Origin: Nitratidesulfovibrio vulgaris str. Hildenborough
GTDB taxonomy: Bacteria > Desulfobacterota > Desulfovibrionia > Desulfovibrionales > Desulfovibrionaceae
Assembly (NCBI RefSeq): GCF_000195755.1
Contig: NC_002937.3
Location: 1,920,001 to 1,952,000 of the forward strand
Direction of reading: 5' to 3'
DNA length: 32,000 nt
In this document: piece by piece, positions 1 through 6,818 of the stretch
Layout: each line of letters opens with the position of its first letter
How positions within the stretch are numbered: position 1 is the first letter of the stretch
Position numbers and translations under genes: made by a program
The notes under the pieces: model-generated
Databases searched by the model: none
The model's input: only the letters and a program-made list of their open reading frames with translations
Told to the model about the DNA's origin: nothing

Positions 1-2
1 TG

Positions 3-128
3 GCAGGAGGCGACCATCTCCACTTCGGCATGCTGGTTTCGGGAGTGCAGGTGCAGCCCATCGAGTGGCTCGATTCGCACTGGATCAAGGACAATGTCAT
101 CGACAGGCTCGAGCCCAAAGCCCAATAG
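3..128 (+). CDS. C-terminal end of an M23-family (LytM/NlpD-like) peptidoglycan metallopeptidase; the 5' part lies outside the window
   Basis: Frame 3 is open from the window edge: AGGDHLHFGMLVSGVQVQPIEWLDSHWIKDNVIDRLEPKAQ*. It contains the HxH (HLHF) motif typical of M23 C-termini. Stop TAG at 126-128. Absent from the ORF track because it has no in-window start. Confidence 0.6.
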   Translation, partial: AGGDHLHFGMLVSGVQVQPIEWLDSHWIKDNVIDRLEPKAQ

Positions 129-142
129 CCTGCTTGTGATAG

Positions 143-179
143 CAATGAAAAAGGCCGCCCCCAGCGGCCTTTTTCATTG
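143..179 (+). terminator. Rho-independent terminator after the M23 peptidase gene
   Basis: caatgaaaaAGGCCGCcccccaGCGGCCTttttcattg. GC stem 152-158/164-170 followed by TTTT. The A-tract and T-tract flanks make it potentially bidirectional. Confidence 0.65.
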
Positions 180-282
180 TCCCGCGGGTTCACCCGCCGC
201 TGTGCCCCCTTCTCAGACTCTTGCCTTACGCTGCTGGCATGGTACACCTTCCAGCGAAAACCATAACACCAGAGCGAGCCCC

Positions 283-894
283 ATGACTGTTCTATTTTCA
301 TACCGGACGGTGTGCAAACGGCTGCTACTCGCAATCGCGACGCTTGGCATACCGGCACATGTGCATGCCGGAGTCGCCCCATCGTTCGATTGCACCCATG
401 TAGAAGCGGGAAGCATCGAAGCCGACATCTGCGCGTCAGACGACCTTGCGATTCTCGATCGGCAAATGGACGAAGTGTACCGGCAGGCCAGACAAAAGGC
501 GACCGACCAGCACCCGCCGACGCTCGCAGCGGAACAGCGAGGATGGATCAAGGGACGTAACGAGTGCTGGAAAAGCCCTGATCGTATGGCCTGCATCCGT
601 GACCAGTACCAGCTGCGCATTGCGGAGCTTCAGGCTCTATACAGGCTTGTCGCAAGCGATGGACCGCATGTGTACGGATGCGACGACGCCCCCGGGAGTG
701 AAGTCGTCATTACCCGTTTCAAGACGACGCCACCGACGCTCGTCGCAGAACGAGGCGATAGCGTCTCACTCATGTATCTCTTTGATGGAGGTGGCGTGTA
801 TCAGGGAAGGAATGAGACATTCATTGAAAGAGAAGATGCAGCCACGGTCACGTGGGGTTATGGAGCCACGCCCATGCAGTGCAGAAAACGATAG
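283..894 (+). CDS. Secreted LprI-like (DUF1311) / MliC-like lysozyme-inhibitor family protein, 203 aa
   Basis: Internal ATG at 283 of ORF 94..894 gives a signal peptide (MTVLFSYRTVCKRLLLAIATLGIPAHVHA). A DUF1311-like block follows (C..DICASDDL..LDRQMDEVY..EQRGWIKGRNECW..C). The C-terminal part is an MliC-like Cys-bracketed beta domain (YGCDD...PMQC). Confidence 0.65.
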   Translation: MTVLFSYRTVCKRLLLAIATLGIPAHVHAGVAPSFDCTHVEAGSIEADICASDDLAILDRQMDEVYRQARQKATDQHPPTLAAEQRGWIKGRNECWKSPDRMACIRDQYQLRIAELQALYRLVASDGPHVYGCDDAPGSEVVITRFKTTPPTLVAERGDSVSLMYLFDGGGVYQGRNETFIEREDAATVTWGYGATPMQCRKR

Positions 895-1075
895 AGCATC
901 AAGTCACACGACGTCAGCCGGCAGGGAACATGGGTAGCCTTTGCAGACATGAGCCCCGGCAACCTTGCACATCAAAATGGTGAAGAAGTCCCTGACTCCT
1001 TGAAACGACCGTGGCCGCGACGAGGACTCTCGCGGTACCCGAGCCAAGACATCTCTTGATCCAGATTGCGCGCTC

Positions 1076-1372
1076 TCAAGGCATCCCGGCTTCACGGTTG
1101 TAGTCGCGTACAGCGCGGTCGACCTGACGCTGGATGCGCTGCATATCTTCACGTGCCGTCCGCACGTATGCCTCTACGCATGCCCTGTAACGCAACATCT
1201 CGTTGCGGTAATGCATCCACTCGGAATGCCGGTCGCCCGCCAACGGACGCAAGGGAGAACGGCAGTCAGCCTCCGGGTACTCCCCGCTTGGCAACAGGCT
1301 TCCCTCGGCATGGGCTGGAAGCTGTGCCAGCAGAAGACATCCCCCCACCAGTAGGGCAAGTAGTAAACGCAT
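1076..1372 (-). CDS. Small secreted hypothetical protein, 98 aa
   Basis: Strong RBS (ggaggaacgATG) and an N-terminal signal peptide (MRLLLALLVGGCLLLAQLPAHA). It converges on the LprI-like gene. No family recognised. Confidence 0.5.
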   Translation of the reverse strand: MRLLLALLVGGCLLLAQLPAHAEGSLLPSGEYPEADCRSPLRPLAGDRHSEWMHYRNEMLRYRACVEAYVRTAREDMQRIQRQVDRAVRDYNREAGMP

Positions 1373-1484
1373 CGTTCCTCCGGGTGTATTCTCGCGTCAT
1401 TTCCACGGCTACCGTCTGGATGTTTCTCCGTCAATCCCGCGACAGCAGATGGGGGACGACGGCGGCCCCCATCGGTTCAGGATT

Positions 1485-1500
1485 AGGCACGCATATTGCT
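1485..1500 (+). promoter_or_regulatory. sigma54 (RpoN) -24/-12 promoter candidate
   Basis: AGGCACG-CATA-TTGCT against consensus TGGCACG-N4-TTGCW. GG and GC are correctly spaced and only the first T is mismatched. The -12 GC at 1498-1499 lies about 34 nt before the ATG at 1533. Confidence 0.55.
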
Positions 1501-1532
1501 TAACTCCCGACCTAACAGGACAAGGGAAAAAA

Positions 1533-2141
1533 ATGCACCCGGAGGGCGTCGTGACTGTCGACGGCATTGCCAACAACATCAACCTGATGATGAATCTCAG
1601 CGCGACACGCGAAGGAGAGGCATCCTCACGGGCTACAGCCGGGGCGGAAACCGCGAATCTGGGTAGCATCATCGATGAAGCCCGCCTCTCATCCCTCAGC
1701 CCTCGCTTGCGTAACGTCCTTGGTCAGATATCCGAACAAGGCGGAAGCGCTATCGAAGCCCTCGAAAACAACGTCTCATCCCTCCAGGGCGGCTTCATCT
1801 CCACCCTTCATGCAAAGCTTGAAGAAGCGGGGATAGACCTGTCCGAAAAGCTGACACTGCGGCTTGACGAGCCTTCTCAGCTTGTGGTCGCATCTTCGCA
1901 TCCGCAAGCTGAAGCCGTGCAGAAGATACTCGACGCTTCTCCCGAGTTGGGGGAAGCGTTCGGAGAGATTGCGAGCCAGTCCGAGATCATTCGTGACATC
2001 GGCAACATCCAGAGGGTGCTGTCCACCCGAGGTGGCGTGGCACAGTATGCACAGGAAGACGCCCGCGATACCGGTCCGTCGTCATATCAGGTGAGCCTTA
2101 AGGGTGCGATGTCCCATTTCTGTTTCACACGCAACAGTTGA
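1533..2141 (+). CDS. Hypothetical protein, 202 aa; distant paralog of the 28764..29405 product
   Basis: ATG at 1533 follows an aagggaaaaaa RBS-like purine tract (internal start of ORF 1449..2141). It shares a central pattern with the other protein: G(I/V)D..(L/I)..RL.....(V)(V).S.H......V.K.....P......F..I. Confidence 0.6.
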   Translation: MHPEGVVTVDGIANNINLMMNLSATREGEASSRATAGAETANLGSIIDEARLSSLSPRLRNVLGQISEQGGSAIEALENNVSSLQGGFISTLHAKLEEAGIDLSEKLTLRLDEPSQLVVASSHPQAEAVQKILDASPELGEAFGEIASQSEIIRDIGNIQRVLSTRGGVAQYAQEDARDTGPSSYQVSLKGAMSHFCFTRNS

Positions 2142-2196
2142 AGCCCTTGCGCACTTCGTGCTTTCGGGCTAAAGACTTATCTCTTCCGCGTGGCCC

Positions 2197-2224
2197 TTGC
2201 CAACGGTAGGAAAGGATTTATATT
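2197..2224 (+). promoter_or_regulatory. sigma70-like promoter candidate for ssrA
   Basis: TTGCCA-16 nt-TATATT. The predicted TSS is about 38 nt upstream of the mature tmRNA 5' end, compatible with RNase P processing. Confidence 0.35.
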
Positions 2225-2270
2225 TCTTGCAGGCGACAGTTTGAGCGGCTGTTGTCAACGCAAAGCCATG

Positions 2271-2621
2271 GGGGCGCACTGGTTTCGACGGGGACGTAGA
2301 AGCCGGAGTTGCAGGCCGAGGCGCCGCTGGCCTCGTAAAAAGCGGCACAAAAGTAATTGCCAACAATTACGACTACGCTCTGGCTGCTTAATTGACGGCC
2401 ACGTCGAACCGGTTCACGCCTGATAGACCGGTGAGACGTAACTTCATCAGGCTGGCATCTGACGGCGCTCGCCGCGAAGGGTGCGAGAAAAACAGGTGAG
2501 CTGGTCGAAGGTTGCCTGGTCGGGGGCGAAACCTGAGATGACGATTGTACTCGACCTAAGCCTGTAGACGCTTCGTGTGGAACATTCTCGGACGCGGGTT
2601 CGATTCCCGCCGCCTCCACCA
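2271..2621 (+). ncRNA. ssrA: tmRNA (transfer-messenger RNA, SsrA)
   Basis: 5' GGGGCGCACUGGUUUCGACGGGG acceptor/D-like start. Internal tag ORF GCC AAC AAT TAC GAC TAC GCT CTG GCT GCT TAA (2359-2391) encodes ANNYDYALAA. 3' T-arm and acceptor GGACGCGGGTTCGATTCCCGCCGCCTCCACCA end at 2621. Confidence 0.95.
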
Positions 2622-2637
2622 AGCACACAGCCCCTCA

Positions 2638-2680
2638 GAAAGCCCGGACGCCTCCAAACGTCCGGGCTTTCTTGATTCTT
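2638..2680 (+). terminator. Rho-independent terminator of ssrA
   Basis: GAAAGCCCGGACG-cctccaaa-CGTCCGGGCTTTC is a perfect 13-bp stem, followed by ttgattctt. Confidence 0.65.
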
Positions 2681-2715
2681 CAGGGCTTCTCGCGCCCCAG
2701 CACATCCGCCAGCAG

Positions 2716-2764
2716 ACGCCATTGTGCGGGGTCATGTATGCGATGATGTGAGTAGAAATGTGAG
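2716..2764 (+). repeat. Left copy of the imperfect 49-nt direct repeat (ATGTGAGTAGA-containing)
   Basis: acgccattgtgcggggtcatgtatgcgatgatgtgagtagaaatgtgag aligned by eye to 6624-6672. Confidence 0.55.
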
Positions 2765-2795
2765 AAGAAAGCATCCGGGGTGACTCTCTACTCAC

Positions 2796-3116
2796 ATGGC
2801 GCTCACAGATATTCAGGTAACAGCCTTACAACCATGGACAAAGGCCTATCGCATCGCTGACGCGTCAGGACTATGCCTTGAGGCATCGCCCAATGGTCAC
2901 AAGCTCTGGCGCTTCCGCTATCGTCTCCAGGCCAAGGCCAATATGCTGGTGCGTGGCGTCTATCCGCAAGTCAGCCTCAAGCAGGCACGGCTTGCCCGGG
3001 ACGAGGCACATTTGAAGCTCGCGCAGGGCGTCAATCTGTCTTCTCGCGTCTTCACGCGGTTCCGCCCGCAACACCTGGTCTCCAGCCCCGCAGACGTTCA
3101 AGTCCCTCGCCTATAA
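2796..3116 (+). pseudogene. Truncated P4/CP4-57-type tyrosine integrase; only the N-terminal arm-binding (DUF4102-like) domain remains
   Basis: MALTDIQVTALQPWTKAYRIADASGLCLEASPNGHKLWRFRYRLQAKANMLVRGVYPQVSLKQARLARDEAHLKLAQGVN matches the conserved N-terminus of tRNA/tmRNA-targeting integrases. The ORF stops after 106 aa, whereas full-length proteins are about 400 aa. No catalytic domain is seen in any frame downstream. Confidence 0.7.
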
Positions 3117-3241
3117 TGGCTCGACGCAAAAAAGCCCTGTGCCCCCCTTCCTGCTCAAGGCGCATTGTCCTTGATTCGAGCGTTACAACGCAAGACCAAG
3201 GAGAGAGCCATGCACAACGCACCAAGACAGACTACGGCTCA

Positions 3242-3415
3242 ATGCGCCCGTCAGAGGTGCTTGCTGTCTTCCGCATATCGCGCACGCAATTCTGCATGAG
3301 CTCCATGCCAAGCCCACAAAGACAGCCGCAGCGCGTTCTTGACGCGCGAAGTGGCCAAGGCGGCATGCGACAAGCTGACCCGGCGGAACAGACAGGAAAA
3401 CAACACGGCAGATGA
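3242..3415 (+). pseudogene. Possible degenerate AlpA-like HTH (prophage regulatory/excisionase family) remnant
   Basis: MRPSEVLAVFRISRTQF resembles the AlpA N-terminal HTH (..R..EV.....(I/L)SR.T.Y). The C-terminal conserved Trp region is not recognisable. Weak call. Confidence 0.2.
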
Positions 3416-3452
3416 AAACAGAACAGGCAGGGAGTTCATCCCTGCCTGTTCT
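3413..3452 (-). terminator. Terminator hairpin downstream of the MCP gene (copy 1 of twin hairpins)
   Basis: AGAACAGGCAGGGA-gttca-TCCCTGCCTGTTCT has a 14-bp stem (3420-3433/3439-3452). On the minus strand it is followed by gttttc. Confidence 0.6.
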
Positions 3453-3474
3453 CGTTTGTGGCTATGTGATGCGA

Positions 3475-5562
3475 CTAGGCGTTGTCGCGCTGCATGGTCT
3501 CGATGATGTTCTTCAGCCGCTGGGCCTGTTCGGCAAGCTCGGTCACAGCCTGTGCCGACTGCCGCATGGCGTCGCTGGTCTCGGCAGTGATGCGGTTTAT
3601 CTCGTCCACGGCATGGGCGATTTCTTCAGAGGCGGCAGACTGCTCTTCACTCGCGGTCGCGATAGAGCGCACCTGGTCTGAAGACTTGTCCGACAGCTGC
3701 ACGATGGTAGCCAGCGAGTTGCCCGCCTTCTCGGCCATGGTCGTCACGGTGACCACTTCCTTCACCGTCTGCTGCACCTGCTCGAAGCTCTCACGCGTTC
3801 CGGACTGTATACCGCCGATGGCGTCGCTCACCTCCTTGGTGGCAGCCATGGTCTTCTCAGCCAGCTTGCGCACCTCGTCAGCGACCACGGCAAAACCGCG
3901 TCCGGCCTCGCCAGCACGGGCCGCTTCGATGGCGGCGTTCAACGCGAGCAGGTTCGTCTGGTCGGCGATGTCATTGATGACGTTGATGATGCGGCCTATG
4001 TCCTCGGCCCTGCGGCCCAGTACGTCCATGTCCTGCTGCAACCGCTCGGCATACTGATTCACGGAGTTGATACCCTTCACCATGTCGCGCACGATGCCCG
4101 CCCCGACCTCTGCATTGTCCCGGGCATTGGCAGATGTCTCAGCGGCACTGCCAGCACTACGGGCCACCTCGAGCACGGTGGCGTTCATCTCTTCCATGGC
4201 CGTGGCGGTCTCTCCGGTGCGCTGACTCTGGAACTCCGCCCCGCGCGAGGCCTGTTCTATCTGTGCGGCAAGCTCTTCAGAGGCCGCGGAGATGACCTCG
4301 ACAATGCCCTGAAGGTCACGCGCCGCCTGCAACATGCCGTTCCGCTTGGCTTGTTCGGCGGCCTTGCGGGCTTCTTCGGCCTCTTCAAGGGCTGTCTTTG
4401 CCAGCGCAGTCTGCTGTTCGGCCTCCTGCGATTTGGCTTCAGCAGTCTTGATGAGCTCGCCAAGGCTTTCCACCATGCGCTTCAGGCTGCCATGCAGCGT
4501 CAGCAGTTCACCAGAGAACCGTGAACTCTCGGGCAACGCATTGAAGTTCCCTGCGGCGATGTCCCCAGATGCACGCACGAGCAGGTCGATGGGGTTGGCT
4601 ATCGTGCGGGAGATGAACCACGCACAGACCACAAGGATGAGGGCTATCACGGCACCCACTCCGACGATCTTCAGCACGATGGCCCGCGACTCTGCGAATA
4701 TCTCATCGGTGTCGATGATGACGACAAGCTTCCAGCCTTCAAAACCCGTCAGCACAGAGACCAGACGCTCCTTGCCGCCAAGCTTCGCCTCGAACACGCC
4801 TTCACGCATGGCGAATGCATCGCGGAAGAGGTTGTCCTGAATCTCTGTGACTTTCTTGAAGAGGTTGGCCGGGTCTTTCGAGTCTGAAAGCACCACGCCC
4901 GAATCTTCGATGAGCACCACATAACCGGTCTCGCCGATGCGAATGTTGGCAATCACCTTGGTCAGGGTAGAGAGGTTGATGTCGATGCCCGCGGCACCGA
5001 TGGTGCGCCCCGAAGCGTCGACGATGCGCCCCACGGCACTGGTGACAGCCTCGCCCGTGGTCGACTTGTAGGCGTCTGTCATCTGAATACCATCACCGGA
5101 CACCGCAGCCTGATACCAGCCCCTTTTGCGGGGGTCATACCCGGCAGGCATCTGCATCTCCGATCCGGCAAGAAAACCGCCGTCATCAAACGCTACGAAG
5201 GTTTCGTCGTAGTAGGGGTTCGTCTTCTTCAGCGGGGCAAGTACCTCGTAGGCACGCTTGGCGGCTTCCGACATTTCGCCGTAGCGCACGACCTTGGAAG
5301 ACGACTCATTCACATAACTGGGTACGGTACCCTTCGCCATCTTCATGGCGCTCAAGCTTGAAATGTAGGCTACCCCGTGCTCAGACTCGGAAAAGAATGT
5401 GACCAGGAACTCGTTGACACGCTTCAACTGACCAAGAGAACTCTCCTTGAAGTCCTTTTCGGCGTAACTACGCACTTGGTACGAGACGAGAAGGGAGATG
5501 CTGCCGATGGCGACCACGATAGCTGCAAGAAACGACAAGATGAGTTTGGCACGAATGGTCAT
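3475..5562 (-). CDS. Methyl-accepting chemotaxis protein, 695 aa (TM, dCache-type periplasmic sensor, TM, HAMP, MA signalling domain)
   Basis: dCache-like motif ([10 protein letters not shown]), HAMP, and the highly conserved hairpin region [40 protein letters not shown]. Confidence 0.9.
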   Translation of the reverse strand: MTIRAKLILSFLAAIVVAIGSISLLVSYQVRSYAEKDFKESSLGQLKRVNEFLVTFFSESEHGVAYISSLSAMKMAKGTVPSYVNESSSKVVRYGEMSEAAKRAYEVLAPLKKTNPYYDETFVAFDDGGFLAGSEMQMPAGYDPRKRGWYQAAVSGDGIQMTDAYKSTTGEAVTSAVGRIVDASGRTIGAAGIDINLSTLTKVIANIRIGETGYVVLIEDSGVVLSDSKDPANLFKKVTEIQDNLFRDAFAMREGVFEAKLGGKERLVSVLTGFEGWKLVVIIDTDEIFAESRAIVLKIVGVGAVIALILVVCAWFISRTIANPIDLLVRASGDIAAGNFNALPESSRFSGELLTLHGSLKRMVESLGELIKTAEAKSQEAEQQTALAKTALEEAEEARKAAEQAKRNGMLQAARDLQGIVEVISAASEELAAQIEQASRGAEFQSQRTGETATAMEEMNATVLEVARSAGSAAETSANARDNAEVGAGIVRDMVKGINSVNQYAERLQQDMDVLGRRAEDIGRIINVINDIADQTNLLALNAAIEAARAGEAGRGFAVVADEVRKLAEKTMAATKEVSDAIGGIQSGTRESFEQVQQTVKEVVTVTTMAEKAGNSLATIVQLSDKSSDQVRSIATASEEQSAASEEIAHAVDEINRITAETSDAMRQSAQAVTELAEQAQRLKNIIETMQRDNA

Positions 5563-5680
5563 GAGTCACCCCTTGAACGACGCGGTGAAGTGAGGAATAA
5601 CCCCGGTAAGCCCGAAGGCCGCATTAGAAAAACAAATACAAGAAAATAAAGATCAATCGTTGCCATTTTTCTAACATACT

Positions 5681-5707
5681 GTATCGGCTCACGTCGATAG
5701 TGCTTTA
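5681..5707 (-). promoter_or_regulatory. sigma28 (FliA) promoter candidate for the MCP gene
   Basis: The minus strand reads TAAA-gcactatcgacgtga(15 nt)-GCCGATAC against consensus TAAA-N15-GCCGATAA. It lies about 120 nt upstream of the start codon. Confidence 0.5.
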
Positions 5708-5774
5708 CCCACCGCAGAAAATTCAAGTCTACGTGAACCGACTTACGCGAGGTTCGCGCATGCACCATGGCATC

Positions 5775-5817
5775 TTCAAAGCAGAACAGGCAGGGATTCT
5801 CTCCCTGCCTGTTCTGC
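5775..5817 (-). terminator. Terminator hairpin of the CSD-Excalibur gene (copy 2 of twin hairpins)
   Basis: GCAGAACAGGCAGGGA-ttctc-TCCCTGCCTGTTCTGC (5781-5796/5802-5817) abuts the TAG stop and is followed by ttt on the minus strand. The inner 14 bp of the stem are identical to the hairpin at 3420-3452. Confidence 0.55.
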
Positions 5818-6353
5818 TACCAGCCCCTGCACAACGTCATCTCACAAGGTATCCCATCATCGTCGCCGTCGATGGCAACGCCGGGACAATGCCGAAGGTA
5901 GTATTTCGCCTCTGCACACGAAGTCATCTGGTCGCACCGTGTCTTGCCAGCACACTTGAACTGCGGGTCTGCCTTTGCTGGCGCAGGCAGGTTCACCTCC
6001 CTCTGGTGGGAACTCTCTCCCTCAAACTGCGACCACAGAACCGCCAAAACGACAAGGACCATGACCACCACAAGCGCAGCCACCTTTTGTGCGAAGACAT
6101 CAAGGGCAGAATGACGCCCCCTCCATGCCGCAGGTCTCTGTACCCTGTCGATATAACGCACGACACTGGCGCGAGACCCCTTGGGTGACGGGGGCCCGAG
6201 ATAGTAGAGCACGCGCTCGCCGACTTCCGGCAGCGGGTGACGCGAACGAAACGCCGAGATATGGGCGAAAACACGCGGCGACCCGTCATCCGGAGAGATG
6301 AAGCCAAAACCGCGCTCGTCATTCCACTGTGCAATTTTGCCTTGATCGAACAT
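5817..6353 (-). CDS. Cold-shock domain, TM helix, Excalibur (Ca-binding) domain fusion protein, 178 aa
   Basis: Start at the internal ATG with RBS gagggcgtATG. N-terminal CSD (GKIAQWNDERGFGFISPDDGSPRVFAHISAF), hydrophobic helix (VAALVVVMVLVVLAVLW), and C-terminal Excalibur-like motif (CDQMTSCAEAKYYLRHCPGVAIDGDDDGIPCE). Confidence 0.8.
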   Translation of the reverse strand: MFDQGKIAQWNDERGFGFISPDDGSPRVFAHISAFRSRHPLPEVGERVLYYLGPPSPKGSRASVVRYIDRVQRPAAWRGRHSALDVFAQKVAALVVVMVLVVLAVLWSQFEGESSHQREVNLPAPAKADPQFKCAGKTRCDQMTSCAEAKYYLRHCPGVAIDGDDDGIPCEMTLCRGW

Positions 6354-6623
6354 ACGCCCTCGCAACGACCAGCCGCCCCCCTTGTTTTCCCTTTTTGCTC
6401 GATCCCCCTCACGCTCAACACATAGCCGCATCACTGTTGCGAGTATGCCAACGAGTATAACACATCATGCAGCGAATAAAGTTCTTTATTGCAGTCGGAT
6501 GGACAAGTAGCACCCTTCCCGCAACGTCAACCGGACACCCTGCCCCAGAAAACCATGACGCCTCAAAACATCTTTTCTCTATCGATTTCTAAAAGTTTTT
6601 TGCCAGCACACGCTCACCTCGTA

Positions 6624-6672
6624 ACGCCATCGTGCGATTGCATGCACAAGGTGATGTGAGTAGAGATGTACG
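6624..6672 (+). repeat. Right copy of the imperfect 49-nt direct repeat
   Basis: acgccatcgtgcgattgcatgcacaaggtgatgtgagtagagatgtacg. A perfect TATAAT hexamer follows at 6673-6678. Confidence 0.55.
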
Positions 6673-6818
6673 TATAATCAGGGATGTCATAGCCGGTGTT
6701 CATGCGACATGACCGGGACGACCCCACTGCCGGACGCCTTCCAACACATCGCACCGGGCATGGCCTTGCAGGTAGCCATTTCCCTTGACTTTTCCCCACC
6801 AGAGGTTTTTCTGGCCCG

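Larger units (their letters stand above)
2716..6672. mobile_element. Decayed integrative island remnant next to ssrA (integrase fragment, possible AlpA remnant, MCP and CSD-Excalibur cargo), bounded by imperfect direct repeats
   Basis: Truncated P4-type integrase lies 175 nt after the tmRNA 3' end. 49-nt direct repeats at 2716-2764 and 6624-6672 match at 36/49 ungapped, with core TGATGTGAGTAGA. The spacers inside the element are relatively AT-rich. Confidence 0.4.

Noticed and set aside
94-282. N-terminal 63-codon extension of ORF 94..894
   Set aside because: It overlaps the M23 gene end and crosses the terminator hairpin at 143-179. The internal ATG at 283 yields a proper signal peptide.
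2218-2795. Minus-strand ORFs 2218..2628, 2447..2722 and 2556..2795 overlapping ssrA and its terminator
   Set aside because: The region is fully explained by tmRNA, its terminator and the island-edge repeat. The similarity between the 2556..2795 and 6614..6877 peptides (ISTHI..M..H.GV) only reflects the DNA direct repeat.
3116-3415. 99-aa ORF as an intact gene after the integrase fragment
   Set aside because: No RBS, Arg/Ser/Pro-rich composition. Only a 17-residue stretch resembles an AlpA HTH, so it is kept only as a low-confidence remnant (3242..3415). A 29-codon ORF at 3209..3298 with a good RBS (aaggagagagccATG) is too short to support.
6780-6810. Duplicate of the tmRNA 3' end (expected attR for an ssrA-integrated island)
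   Set aside because: Only a CCCCACCA octamer loosely resembles CCTCCACCA, with no extended match to GGTTCGATTCCCGCCGCCTCCACCA. The island boundary is therefore proposed from the 49-nt repeats instead.
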